A stretch of DNA of 64,000 bases from an uncultured Dehalococcoidia bacterium (GCA_964475375.1 CAYYWI010000003.1:1719-65718); one strand, 5' to 3'; shown: positions 47,435 through 57,809, counted from the first letter of the stretch. Translations and numbers: made by a program. Notes: generated from the letters alone by a model not told the origin.

Positions 47435-50086
47435 ATGAGTCTGACAGACCTGCCCAAAGCCTACGAGCCCAGACAAGTTGAAGACAGAATCTATCAATTC
47501 TGGCTGGAGAAGGGCTACTTCACGCCCAAGATCGACCATACGAAGAAGCCTTTCACTATCATCATGCCGCCGCCCAACGTGACCGGTGAGCTTCACCTGG
47601 GACACGCACTGACAGCCACGCTGGAAGACATCATGATCCGGTGGCACCGCATGAAGGGCGACCCCTCCCTCTGGCTGCCCAGCACCGATCACGCCGGCAT
47701 CGCCACCCAGGTGGTGGTGGAGCGGCAGTTGGCCGCTGAAAAGAAGTCCAGGCATGACATCGGCCGGGAGCAGTTCGAGAAGCTGGCCTGGCAATGGGCC
47801 ACCAAGTGCCGGCAGCGGATCAATGACCAGCACAAGAAGCTGGGCATTTCCTGCGACTGGACCAGGGACACCTTCACCCTGGACCCGAAGCCGAGCCGGG
47901 CAGTGGCCACCACCTTCGTCAATCTCTACAACAAGGGCCTTATCTATCGCGGCGAGCGGATCACGAACTGGTGCCCTCGCTGCCAGACAGCCCTCTCCGA
48001 TCTGGAAACAGTGCACGAAGACACCACCGGCCACCTGTACCACATCAAGTATCCCCTGGTCGGGCAGTCCGGTTACGTCATCGTGGCTACCACGCGGCCC
48101 GAGACCATGTTCGGCGATGTGGCCGTGGCGGTGCATCCTGAAGAGAAGAAATACGCCGACATCGTAGGCAAGACGGTGGCCATTCCGGTGATCGACCGCC
48201 CCATTCCGGTGATAGCCGACGAAGCTGTCGAGCGCGGCTTCGGCACGGGTGCGCTCAAGATCACGCCAGCCCATGACCCGGTGGACTTCCAGATCGCCCA
48301 GCGGCACAACCTGCCCCTGGTTAATATCCTGAACAAAGACGCCACCTTGAACAAGGAAGCCGGGCCGTACCAGGGATTCGACCGTTTCGACTGCCGCAAA
48401 GACCTGCTTCACCGGCTTGAGAAGGAAGGTATCCTGGTGAAAGAGGAACCGCACCTTCACGCCGTGGGACATTGCCAGCGGTGCGGCACCGTGGTGGAGC
48501 CTTGGGCCAGCAAGCAGTGGTTCGTCAAGACCAAGCCGCTGGCAGAGCCGGCCATCGAAGCCGTCAAGGGCGGACAGATAACCATCATCCCGGACCAGTT
48601 TACCAAGGTCTACCTCAACTGGATGGAGAATATCCGTGACTGGTGCATCAGCCGCCAGTTGTGGTGGGGACACAGAATCCCGGCCTGGTATTGCGATGAC
48701 TGCGGCGAGACCACTGTGGCGGTTGGCAAGCCCGGCAAGTGCGCCAAGTGCGGTTCGACCAGAATCCAGCAGGACCCCGACGTTCTTGATACCTGGTTCA
48801 GTTCAGGGCTGTGGCCGCACTCCACGCTCGGCTGGCCGGAAGATACTGAAGACCTGCGGTACTTCTACCCGACGACGGTCATGGAGACGGCCTACGATAT
48901 CCTCTTCTTCTGGGTGGCCCGCATGATCATGATGGGCATCGAGAATACGGGCCAGGTTCCGTTTCGCTGGGTCTACCTTCACGGCCTGATCAGGGACGAG
49001 AAGGGCGCTAAGATGAGCAAGACCCGGGGCAATGTCATCAACCCGCTGGACAGCATCCAGCAATACGGCGCTGATGCCCTCCGCTTCTCCGTGGTCATGG
49101 GCACCTCCGCGGGCAATGATGTTCCGCTGAGCAGCGGCAAGATGGAATCCGGCCGCAACTTCGCCAACAAGCTGTGGAATGCCTCCCGATATGTCATGAG
49201 AAGCCTGCCTTCGGGCACGGTTGATCTGGCACTGGCGCGTGATCTCCCGGTCGAGGACCGCTGGATACTCAGCCGCCTGGACCAGGTGGTGGGAAAGGTC
49301 AACAAGTTCCTGGAGGAGTTCCGCTTCGGTGAAGCCGAGGCCGAGGTGTACGAGTTCATCTGGGGCGAGTTCTGCGACTGGTATATCGAACTGGCCAAGA
49401 TACGCCTAAGCCAGCCCGATTCGCCCTCGCCGATACCGGTGCTGGTCCGAACGCTGGAGACCTCTTTGCGATTGCTGCACCCGTTCATGCCATTCATAAC
49501 CGAGGAGATTTGGCAGAACCTGGTCGCCCGCCTGCCGAGCGATGAGGCGAGACCCGATTCTCTCATGATAGCCAAATACCCCGCGAGCACCGGATTTGCC
49601 GATGCCGAAGCAGAGCGGGAGATCAGCTTGGTGATCGAAATCGTCCGCTCCATCCGCAATGCCAGAGCCGAGTCCAAGATCGATCCGGCGAAGCGAATCG
49701 AAGCCCGGATTCATACAGGCAATCACCCGGCCCTTGAGTCACAGCGGCAGGCGATCGAGACGCTGGCCAGGGTGCAGCCTCTGCACATCCTGGGACCCAG
49801 AGAGGGCAAAGTTGAGGGAGCCCAAGTCCTCCACGTCGGAGAACTGGACATCATCCTGCCCGTGACGGTGGACGTCGATGCTGAGAAACAGCGCCTGGAG
49901 CAAGAACGGGATTCTCTGCAAAACAGGATCGCCGGCCTGAAGACCAGGCTGAGCGATCAGGCCTTCCTGTCCAAAGCACCTCAGCAGGTGGTGGAAAAAG
50001 AGCGTAGCAAACTGCAGGATTGGCAAGCCAGATTGCAGAAGATAGATGAGAGGCTGGCGGAACTGATTCGGATGAACCCCCGCTGA
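47435..50086 (+). CDS. valS: valine--tRNA ligase
   Basis: HIGH (PNVTGELHLGHA) and KMSKS motifs, plus a C-terminal coiled coil. Confidence 0.93.
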   Translation: MSLTDLPKAYEPRQVEDRIYQFWLEKGYFTPKIDHTKKPFTIIMPPPNVTGELHLGHALTATLEDIMIRWHRMKGDPSLWLPSTDHAGIATQVVVERQLAAEKKSRHDIGREQFEKLAWQWATKCRQRINDQHKKLGISCDWTRDTFTLDPKPSRAVATTFVNLYNKGLIYRGERITNWCPRCQTALSDLETVHEDTTGHLYHIKYPLVGQSGYVIVATTRPETMFGDVAVAVHPEEKKYADIVGKTVAIPVIDRPIPVIADEAVERGFGTGALKITPAHDPVDFQIAQRHNLPLVNILNKDATLNKEAGPYQGFDRFDCRKDLLHRLEKEGILVKEEPHLHAVGHCQRCGTVVEPWASKQWFVKTKPLAEPAIEAVKGGQITIIPDQFTKVYLNWMENIRDWCISRQLWWGHRIPAWYCDDCGETTVAVGKPGKCAKCGSTRIQQDPDVLDTWFSSGLWPHSTLGWPEDTEDLRYFYPTTVMETAYDILFFWVARMIMMGIENTGQVPFRWVYLHGLIRDEKGAKMSKTRGNVINPLDSIQQYGADALRFSVVMGTSAGNDVPLSSGKMESGRNFANKLWNASRYVMRSLPSGTVDLALARDLPVEDRWILSRLDQVVGKVNKFLEEFRFGEAEAEVYEFIWGEFCDWYIELAKIRLSQPDSPSPIPVLVRTLETSLRLLHPFMPFITEEIWQNLVARLPSDEARPDSLMIAKYPASTGFADAEAEREISLVIEIVRSIRNARAESKIDPAKRIEARIHTGNHPALESQRQAIETLARVQPLHILGPREGKVEGAQVLHVGELDIILPVTVDVDAEKQRLEQERDSLQNRIAGLKTRLSDQAFLSKAPQQVVEKERSKLQDWQARLQKIDERLAELIRMNPR

Positions 50087-50113
50087 CTCGCCTCTTCCAT
50101 AAGGAGATAGCTC

Positions 50114-51664
50114 ATGTCGATCGAAGAGAAGCTGAACAATCTAGTCAAGATGAGAGAGCAAGCCATGCAGGGCGGCGGTGCCAAGCGCATCGAGTCCCAG
50201 CACTCAAAGAACAAGCTCACCGCCAGGGAGAGGATCGGCCTTCTCTTCGACCCGGACACGTTTGAGGAGATAGACACCTTCGTAATGCATCGCACCACCG
50301 ACTTCGGTCTGGACAAGGAAAAGTTCCTGGGGGACTCGGTGGTCATCGGCTATGGCAAGATCAACGGCAGGCCGGCCTTTGCATACGCCCAGGATTTCAC
50401 CGTGATCGGGGGCACGCTTTCGCTGGTAGCTTCGGAGAAGATCTGCAAGGTGATGGACCTGGCAGCCAAGAATGGCGCACCATGCATCGGTTTGCTGGAT
50501 TCGGGTGGAGCGCGAATTCAGGAGGGCGTGGACAGTCTGAAGGGCTATGGAGAGATTTTCAGCCGCAACACGCTGTACTCCGGCGTTGTTCCTCAGATCT
50601 CTGTGGTGATGGGACCTGCTGCCGGAGGCGCCACTTACTCACCGGCGATCACCGACTTCATCTTCATGGTCAAGGGCACAGGCCAGATGTACATTACCGG
50701 TCCTGATGTCATAAAGACGGTGAGCGGTGAAGAGGTCAGCCACGAGGATTTGGGCGGGGCCATGGTCCATGCCAGAGTCAGCGGCAACTGCCATTTCGTA
50801 GCCGATGATGAGAAGGAAGTCCTAGGTATGGTCCGCCGCCTGCTGACCTTCCTGCCTCAGAACAACATGGAGGACACGCCTCTGGTGGCCACTAGCGACA
50901 GCCCCAACCGCCGTGACCAGGATTTGATGCACATTGTGCCGGTCGAACCCACCAAGGCCTACAACATGAAAGACATCATCATCAGGGTGTTCGATAACGG
51001 TGACTTCATGGAAGTGCACGAGCACTGGGCTAATAACCTCATCGTGGGATTTGCCCGCCTCAACGGGCAGAGCGTGGGCATCGTGGCTCAGCAGCCGGCC
51101 TATCTGGCCGGTTCCATAGACATCAATGCCTCCGACAAAGGGGCCAGGTTCGTCCGCTTCTGCGACTGCTTCAATATACCGGTGATCACCTTCGTCGATG
51201 TGCCGGGGTATATGCCGGGGACTGACCAGGAGTTTGGCGGTATCATCAGGCACGGTGCCAAGTTCCTCTACGCGTATGCGGAGGCAACAGTGCCCAAGAT
51301 CAGCGTGATTACCCGCAAGGCATACGGCGGAGCCTACGTCGTGATGAGCAGCAAGGGACTGCGGGGCGACGTCAACTACGCCTGGCCGACGGCCGAGATT
51401 GCCGTCATGGGACCCGACGGAGCCGTCAACATCGTGTTCCGCTCAGAGATATCCAAGGCTGAGAAACCGGATGATAAGAAGCGGGAACTCGTCGAAGAGT
51501 ACAGAAACAAGTTCGCCAACCCATATGTGGCGGCCGCGAGGGGTTACATCGATGACGTGATTGATCCCCGCGATACGCGGCCCAAGCTGATCAAGGCCTT
51601 GGAGATGCTGCGGAACAAAGTAGACAGCCTGCCTTCCAAGAAGCACGGGAACATCCCGCTGTAG
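50114..51664 (+). CDS. acyl-CoA carboxylase carboxyltransferase subunit (propionyl-CoA carboxylase beta / methylmalonyl-CoA decarboxylase alpha family)
   Basis: Collinear with PccB/MmdA (GKLTARERI...SGGARIQEG). Confidence 0.88.
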   Translation: MSIEEKLNNLVKMREQAMQGGGAKRIESQHSKNKLTARERIGLLFDPDTFEEIDTFVMHRTTDFGLDKEKFLGDSVVIGYGKINGRPAFAYAQDFTVIGGTLSLVASEKICKVMDLAAKNGAPCIGLLDSGGARIQEGVDSLKGYGEIFSRNTLYSGVVPQISVVMGPAAGGATYSPAITDFIFMVKGTGQMYITGPDVIKTVSGEEVSHEDLGGAMVHARVSGNCHFVADDEKEVLGMVRRLLTFLPQNNMEDTPLVATSDSPNRRDQDLMHIVPVEPTKAYNMKDIIIRVFDNGDFMEVHEHWANNLIVGFARLNGQSVGIVAQQPAYLAGSIDINASDKGARFVRFCDCFNIPVITFVDVPGYMPGTDQEFGGIIRHGAKFLYAYAEATVPKISVITRKAYGGAYVVMSSKGLRGDVNYAWPTAEIAVMGPDGAVNIVFRSEISKAEKPDDKKRELVEEYRNKFANPYVAAARGYIDDVIDPRDTRPKLIKALEMLRNKVDSLPSKKHGNIPL

Positions 51665-51777
51665 AGAGTCTGTTGCATGAGGGATGCAGCAACCTGCTGC
51701 CGGGGTCCAGGGTACTGCAGCACGGGCTTGATTCATCAAGCCGCTATTCGACTTCGCTTTGCCTGTGTCATACCCAT

Positions 51778-51803
51778 CGGGGCGTGCAAGGGGCGAAGCC
51801 CAG
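51778..51803 (+). repeat. Family D module (CGGGGCGTGCAAGGGGCGAAGCCCA) in the fumarase leader
   Basis: Near-identical to 21788..21815. Confidence 0.55.
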
Positions 51804-51808
51804 GCTTA

Positions 51809-51840
51809 CGAGCTATCAGCTCATGGCTCATAGCCTCAGA
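51809..51840 (+). repeat. Family C module (GAGCTATCAGCTCATGGCTCATAGCCTCAGA), left arm truncated
   Basis: Near-identical to 60150..60182. Confidence 0.6.
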
Positions 51841-51862
51841 GTGGGGGCAAGGGGGTTGAAAG
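51841..51862 (+). repeat. Family A motif (GTGGGGGCAAGGGGGTTGAAAG) in the fumarase leader
   Basis: Seen in sequence, 28 nt before the ATG at 51890. Confidence 0.6.
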
Positions 51863-51889
51863 CCTCTAGACCCCAAGTGAAGGAGCAAC

Positions 51890-52741
51890 ATGGCAGTGAG
51901 AAAGATTCACGCTGAAGACATCACGCAAGCTGTGGCTTCCATGTGCCAGGAGGCCAATTTCTTCCTGCCTGAAGACGTCCTCGATGCCATCAAGAAAGCC
52001 ATAGACACCGAAGTATCGCCCCTGGGAAAGACCACCCTGGAGCGCATTGCGGAGAATGCGTCCATCGCCGCCCGAGAGCGCGTCCCTTTGTGCCAGGACT
52101 GCGGCGTAGCAGTGGTTCTCCTCAGATTAGGGCAGGAGGTCCACGTCACGGGAGGCCACCTCTACAAGGCCATCGAGGAAGGCGTGCATAGAGGCTATGC
52201 CGACGGATACTTGCGCAAGTCGATGGTCCGGCACCCATTCTCATCAAGAACAAACACCAAGGACAACTGCCCGCCGGTCGTCCACACCGAGATCGTGCCA
52301 GGAGACAAGCTTACCATCATAGTCATGCCTAAGGGCGGAGGATCAGAGAACATGAGCCGCCTCGCCATGCTTCCACCGGCTCAGGGAAGGGAGGGGGTGA
52401 TCGACTTCGTGGTGAAAGCTGTCGATGAAGCCGGCAGCAATCCCTGCCCGCCTGTGATCGTAGGAGTCGGCATCGGCGGCACTATTGAGAAAGCATCGCT
52501 TCTGGCCAAAGAAGCCCTGCTGCGGCCACTGAGCCAGCCAAATGCAGACCCTGAAGTGGCTGATATCGAAGAGGATCTGCTGAAGAAGATCAATTCCCTC
52601 GGGATCGGACCGCAGGGATTCGGCGGCAGCACCACCGCCCTGGCCGTCCACGTGGAGGTCTTCCCCTGCCACATAGCCAGCCTGCCGGTCGCGGTTAACA
52701 TTCAGTGTCACAGCGCCCGCCACAAGGAAGTCACACTTTAG
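51890..52741 (+). CDS. Fe-S hydro-lyase, class I fumarate hydratase / L(+)-tartrate dehydratase alpha subunit
   Basis: Collinear with FumA N-terminal / TtdA (CQDCG..., cluster-ligand cysteines). No beta-subunit gene follows. Confidence 0.8.
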   Translation: MAVRKIHAEDITQAVASMCQEANFFLPEDVLDAIKKAIDTEVSPLGKTTLERIAENASIAARERVPLCQDCGVAVVLLRLGQEVHVTGGHLYKAIEEGVHRGYADGYLRKSMVRHPFSSRTNTKDNCPPVVHTEIVPGDKLTIIVMPKGGGSENMSRLAMLPPAQGREGVIDFVVKAVDEAGSNPCPPVIVGVGIGGTIEKASLLAKEALLRPLSQPNADPEVADIEEDLLKKINSLGIGPQGFGGSTTALAVHVEVFPCHIASLPVAVNIQCHSARHKEVTL

Positions 52742-52928
52742 AGACGGCTTGACGGTTGCGAGTGCGTACACCGACGGAAGCCTGGCTGGAAGCATCCTAA
52801 GTCCGAAAATAAAGTTTCCCTAGTTCTTGTGAATGGATTCCCCGAACAAAAGCGCACAAAATCAATTTGACAAGGTCAGCGAACCACGCATAGAATTAGG
52901 TCGAACTCCAAGAGGTGGAGATAGATAC

Positions 52929-53498
52929 ATGGTTGAGATGAGTGTTGACAGTATCCGAGTGAGCGTGATGAATTCGCAGAGAGTGGTGATCCTGAAAGAG
53001 AGCCACTCGGATCGTTATTTGCCCATCTGGATCGGGCCTGCCGAAGCAGATGCTATAGCAGTCAAACTTCAGGGCATATCAGTTCCGCGGCCGCTGACGC
53101 ATGACCTGCTCTACTCGATGGTCAACGCGCTGGGGGCTAAGATCAAATCGATTCTAGTTAATGACCTCCAGAACGATACCTTCTTTGCCAGGATTTATGT
53201 CATGGTCAACGGCAAGGAGATTGAGATTGACTCTCGACCCAGTGATGCAATCGCCATCGCCGTGCGGGCCAAGGTGCCCATCTTCGCCGCAGAGGAGGTT
53301 CTGGACAAGGCAGGGATCATCTTCGACCAGCAGACGGGCAAGCCGATGCACAGCCACGGTGAGGCAGAGAAGCAGGCAATCAGCGACGAGGAGTTGCGCA
53401 AACTCTCCGCCTTCACCGACTTCATAAACAGCCTGGACATGAAAGACCTCGGAGAATCGAAAGATCAGCCCGATAAGGACAAGGATTCGGGAGAGTAG
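52929..53498 (+). CDS. bifunctional nuclease (BFN / DUF151 domain) protein
   Basis: The core RVVILKE...RYLPIWIG..EA..I...L.....PRPLTHDL...RPSDAIA matches the BFN domain. Start placed at the internal Met. Confidence 0.65.
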   Translation: MVEMSVDSIRVSVMNSQRVVILKESHSDRYLPIWIGPAEADAIAVKLQGISVPRPLTHDLLYSMVNALGAKIKSILVNDLQNDTFFARIYVMVNGKEIEIDSRPSDAIAIAVRAKVPIFAAEEVLDKAGIIFDQQTGKPMHSHGEAEKQAISDEELRKLSAFTDFINSLDMKDLGESKDQPDKDKDSGE

Positions 53499-53506
53499 CT
53501 TGCATC

Positions 53507-53824
53507 ATGGATGAGAAGTTCATCAAGAAACTGCTGTCCACGATGAAGTGTGGAATGTGCGGCAACCACTATTCGTCCGGCAACCTCAATATCCTGGGGC
53601 ACAAAGAGGACCTGTGGTTTCTTTCTGTTTTCTGTCCTTCATGCAAGAGCCAGGGATTGGTAGCTGCAGTGGTCAGAGAAGGTAAGGCAGCCGAGGCACT
53701 CACCGAGCTTACGCAAGAAGAGCAGAAGAAACTGTCTACCCCACTGAGTTCCGACGACCTGATAGACATGCACGCTTTCCTCACGGACTTCAACGGGAAT
53801 TTCTCGTCGCTGTTCGGGAAGTAG
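53507..53824 (+). CDS. hypothetical zinc-ribbon protein
   Basis: CGMCGN...CPSCKS paired CxxC motifs. Confidence 0.45.
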   Translation: MDEKFIKKLLSTMKCGMCGNHYSSGNLNILGHKEDLWFLSVFCPSCKSQGLVAAVVREGKAAEALTELTQEEQKKLSTPLSSDDLIDMHAFLTDFNGNFSSLFGK

Positions 53825-53871
53825 CTCCTCCCACGCTGACGTAAGAACTCTGCATACTTACGTCGGTCGTA

Positions 53872-55122
53872 TCATCGCTTCAACCTCCCAATAACCTCAT
53901 CCACCGAAAGCTGAACCTGCTCTCCCTTGGCCATATCTCGCAGCACAACGGAGCCGCTCCTCAGTTCCTCTTCCCCAATTATCACGGCGTGGGAGAAACC
54001 CAGAGCGTTGGCCTGCTTCAACTGCGCTTTCAGGCTCCGGCTCTCAACAGCCAGCGTGGCTCCGATCCCAGCCTGCCTCAGCCTGGCACTCAGCTTCACG
54101 GCTTCTTTTCGAGCCTCCGGCCCCAGATGGGCCACATAGACCCTTGCACCGTCCGCCGGCGGCGGAACGATGCCCTGCTTCTGCAGGTTCAGAATGATCC
54201 TCTCCATGCCGGTGGCAAAGCCCACCGCCGGAGTCGGCTTTCCGTCGAGTATCTCGATGAGGTTGTCGTACCGCCCCCCACCGCCAACCGTGCTCTGCCC
54301 CCCCACTTCAACCGGCTGGATCTCGAAGACGGTCCTGGTGTAGTAGTCCAGACCGCGAACCAGATAGGGATTCACCTCGTAGGGTATCTGCAGAGCTTCG
54401 AGACAGTTCTTGAGCGCAGCGAAGTGAGCCTGGCAATCGGGGCAGATGTAGTCTGTGATCCGAGGGGCGCCCTTGACCTGTTCCTGACAGGCCGGGTTCT
54501 TGCAGTCCAGCAACCGCAGAGGGTTGCGCGACAACCGCCCTTTGCAGTCACGGCACAGCGACTCCTCATGACTCAGATAGTAGTCCTTCAGGCGCTGGAG
54601 GTACTCCCGGCGGCAGGTCCGGCACCCGATGCTGTTGAGCTGGAGGTTAAGGTTCTTCAAACCCAGAGACGCATAGAGATGCCACGCCATGTTGATGATC
54701 TCGGCATCCAGAGCCGGGTCTGCCGCGCCTATCGCCTCGCAGCCAAACTGCTGGTGCTGCCGGAACCTCCCGGCCTGCGGTCTCTCATATCTGAAGATAG
54801 GGCCGAAGTAGTAGAGCCTGACCGGCTGAGGCAGATTGTGCATGCCGTGCTCGATGTACGCCCGGCACACCGGCGCAGTGCCTTCAGGGCGCAACGTGAT
54901 CTTGTCGCCGCCTCGATCGTCAAAGGTATACATCTGCTTTTCCACGATATCGGTCTCGTCACCGACGCTGTGGAGAAACAGCCCGGTGTCCTCAAAGACG
55001 GGGGTGTCAATCCGCTGATACCCGTAAAGCCGGCAAATCTCGCCGGCCTTCTCCGTGATCCACTTCCAGTATGACTGCTCGGACGGCAGGATGTCTTTGG
55101 TGCCTCTGGGTGCCTTGAACAA
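53872..55122 (-). CDS. hisS: histidine--tRNA ligase
   Basis: Class II motifs. The start is reassigned to TTG at 55122 (MFKAPRGTKDILP), 6 nt after AAGGAGG; the listed ORF extends 17 codons further upstream. Confidence 0.9.
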   Translation of the reverse strand: MFKAPRGTKDILPSEQSYWKWITEKAGEICRLYGYQRIDTPVFEDTGLFLHSVGDETDIVEKQMYTFDDRGGDKITLRPEGTAPVCRAYIEHGMHNLPQPVRLYYFGPIFRYERPQAGRFRQHQQFGCEAIGAADPALDAEIINMAWHLYASLGLKNLNLQLNSIGCRTCRREYLQRLKDYYLSHEESLCRDCKGRLSRNPLRLLDCKNPACQEQVKGAPRITDYICPDCQAHFAALKNCLEALQIPYEVNPYLVRGLDYYTRTVFEIQPVEVGGQSTVGGGGRYDNLIEILDGKPTPAVGFATGMERIILNLQKQGIVPPPADGARVYVAHLGPEARKEAVKLSARLRQAGIGATLAVESRSLKAQLKQANALGFSHAVIIGEEELRSGSVVLRDMAKGEQVQLSVDEVIGRLKR

Positions 55123-55698
55123 GTCGAACCTCCTTGCCTTAGCAAGGATATATTCGCAAATTGGCCAAGTCAAGAAACGTGAGAAGGCACGGAAACAGGA
55201 TTCTCTCCCTCGAAGGAAGAGGGGCGTGCAGCCTGCAACGGGTCTCGACAGCGCCTCTGCGTTGCAGGAAGGAACGTGTGATATGTGTGGAGACTAGCGA
55301 GACTCTGCGCTAGACACAACGTGGCCCCGCTCCTCATCTCAAAAAGTACGCTCATGTGGCGTCATTCTCGCTCCATGGGGATACAAGCCTAATAGACGGC
55401 ATCCTTGCTTTCTCCTCCTTTTTATACTACGATCATTGAGGATATTCTCCCACTAAAGCATTCGCTCGGCAATGAAAGGAATACACCAAATCCCACGAGG
55501 TAACGTCACTTGGTCAGGACAAGTGAACGCAAGGCCCCATGGTGCCTCCACCTGGAATGCTTCAGCATCCACGTCCTCGACTCTCACAAGAAAGGAGGTA
55601 CAAGACAGAAGCGGCTAGCTTTGCACGGACGACCTATTGGCTATGCCCAAGGGATACCACCGCAGATCAAATCGAATAATTGATGAAGGAGGTTGACG

Positions 55699-57150
55699 AT
55701 GAAGAAATGGAAGACCATTGCCTTGCTGATAGTGGTCGTTGTCCTGGCAAGCACGTCGCTGGGCTTCGCAACAAAGGCTTTCGTACAGGGTAGCAGTCCG
55801 TCCCCAGCACCCATAAAGGTCAAGGTAATTGGCGAAGACGGCAAAGCGCTGGAGATACAATCGGCGATTGCGAAGCGAGAAGGAGATATCAGAACCCTTG
55901 ATCACATCGACAGATGGACTCTTCGGGAATTAGGATACAAGGAACTAGTGTTCCCTTGCTCCAATAGGTTCGAGGCTATCTCGACAAACTACCTCCTGCC
56001 AGATGACGCCGCACAGGGCCCAGACACCTGGTACATCCTGCGATTCGAGTTTACCATTGATTTCAGTGAGGACTGCCAGGACGGTCGTGTAGAAATCGCG
56101 GCGCTTACCAACGATGCTGCTTGTGGGAGAGTTCTCTTCAACACCGGAATGCGAGATGGATCGCTGTCAATCCAATACGCCACCTCAAGCGGAGACAAGC
56201 AGTGTACGACAGAGAGAAGCGTGCAGGTCAGTACGTCGGGGTATCTTCGGGACGCCCTTCTGTTCGCTACAGGGGTCAAGCCAGGTCAAAACACGCTAAC
56301 CTTCAGACTGGCACAGTATGGCGGAGCCAAAGTAGATGCCCTGCGGGTCTCCAACGTGAGCAGCATAGAAGTCACCACATCCCCTCCACCGGGGAGCAAC
56401 AAGCAGGCCGTGTCTGATTTGCCATTGTTGTCGTCCCAGGATGCGGCCAAGGCTCAAATGATAGCCATGGCCGACGCGAACCTTCAGGAGATCCTGTGTG
56501 ACAAGGAATACACGGTCTCAAGTGCCACCGCATGCAACTGGCCTCGAAATGCAGGAAATGCCAGGCTGGACTTGGTCTTCAAAGTCCCGCAGCAGATCAG
56601 CTTCGATTGGCCTTGGCCTCCCAACGCGACAATGCCAGGGCTCTTCTGGGTTAGGACCATAACCATCGCCATTGATCTTGACAACAACAAGGTAACCGGA
56701 ATATCTCCCGTTGCTCAGCCATTTGCCAAAACAGGTAGCGAATCCTTAGAGGCAAAGGCGTCCACCCTCACCGAGGCAGAGAAGATTCGAGCGAAAGAGA
56801 TCGTGTTGAACGATCCTGAGATAAGGGAGTTGCTCGCGGGACGCGTCTACGAGGTTGCATGCCGATACGGCGAGAAGTCGCCCGATACTCTCATCGGCGT
56901 TTGGGAAACGGAGGACTCGCGCAAGCTAGGGGCAGCGCTGGAGATATGGTTCCAGAGTCCTATTGCTATCCGCCACGACTGGCCCATCGCAAAGCTCAGC
57001 GAAAGTGACCCTCTTCAGTATAGTGTAGAACGAACCTCAAGGGAGATCACCGTCAGCGCATTGTGCGTGAGTGTGGACCTAGCAGAGGGAAAAGTCGTTC
57101 AGATAGCACCCTTGGGCACAGACACAAGAGAAGGAGGTATAGTGAAATGA
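55699..57150 (+). CDS. hypothetical secreted protein
   Basis: SD GAAGGAGG before ATG 55699; signal peptide (MKKWKTIALLIVVVVLASTSLGFA). No known domain. Confidence 0.6.
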   Translation: MKKWKTIALLIVVVVLASTSLGFATKAFVQGSSPSPAPIKVKVIGEDGKALEIQSAIAKREGDIRTLDHIDRWTLRELGYKELVFPCSNRFEAISTNYLLPDDAAQGPDTWYILRFEFTIDFSEDCQDGRVEIAALTNDAACGRVLFNTGMRDGSLSIQYATSSGDKQCTTERSVQVSTSGYLRDALLFATGVKPGQNTLTFRLAQYGGAKVDALRVSNVSSIEVTTSPPPGSNKQAVSDLPLLSSQDAAKAQMIAMADANLQEILCDKEYTVSSATACNWPRNAGNARLDLVFKVPQQISFDWPWPPNATMPGLFWVRTITIAIDLDNNKVTGISPVAQPFAKTGSESLEAKASTLTEAEKIRAKEIVLNDPEIRELLAGRVYEVACRYGEKSPDTLIGVWETEDSRKLGAALEIWFQSPIAIRHDWPIAKLSESDPLQYSVERTSREITVSALCVSVDLAEGKVVQIAPLGTDTREGGIVK

Positions 57151-57809
57151 AGTTGAAGACGGCTTATGTCTTGGTACTGGCAACAGTGCTTCTTGCCGCT
57201 GCGCTCCTGCCATCGACGGCCTCCGCGTGGACAACTGCTTCGGGTTCTGTAGAGATAATCTACAATGGTAACCTGTCACCAGGGCCTCTTGAAGACGAGG
57301 AGTTCTATAACTATGACTTCAAGTATGAGAACCAACCTTATGGCAACAAGGTTGACTACACGGTGAACATGCTGTTCCTCAACAACGGCACGCTGGAGAA
57401 TGTATACGAGACCTATTGGGGTCGGTCTTCGCATTCAGTAATGTGGATGGAGGTCTGCGAATACGGGGACCGCGGGTGGGAGGCAAACCGCGGGACTAGA
57501 CAGGGTGGCAACTTGGCTGAACAAGCCAACCACATGAGATTGTACGCATACAACTCGGACTACTTCATAAGTCCCGCGGGTGGAAAGTTCTCCATAGGCA
57601 CCACGCATTTTGACTACGAATGGCAGCAGACCGGATGGAGTGAGACTGTGGAAGGAGGCTGCTGCCAGTGGGCGTCTGAACAGGGTCTGCAGGTAGCGCC
57701 TGATCTGTATTTTCTGTACAATGAGGAACCCTACCGCAAGCAGAGCACTTGGATAGAAGACCACTACTGGTTGAATGATGGGTACGCTTCTGTGGTTTGG
57801 ATTCCCTGA
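57147..57809 (+). CDS. hypothetical secreted protein (W/Y-rich)
   Basis: SD AAGGAGG before ATG 57147, overlapping the upstream stop. Signal peptide (MKLKTAYVLVLATVLLAAALLPSTASA). Confidence 0.6.
   Translation: MKLKTAYVLVLATVLLAAALLPSTASAWTTASGSVEIIYNGNLSPGPLEDEEFYNYDFKYENQPYGNKVDYTVNMLFLNNGTLENVYETYWGRSSHSVMWMEVCEYGDRGWEANRGTRQGGNLAEQANHMRLYAYNSDYFISPAGGKFSIGTTHFDYEWQQTGWSETVEGGCCQWASEQGLQVAPDLYFLYNEEPYRKQSTWIEDHYWLNDGYASVVWIP

Noticed and set aside
55136-55690. Possible T-box leader upstream of hisS
   Set aside because: The minus-strand leader was read in full and no T-box consensus (AAUUAGGGUGGNACCGCG) or recognisable specifier/antiterminator arrangement was found. Only a weak GGUGG..ACC resemblance at 55537-55560 was seen.
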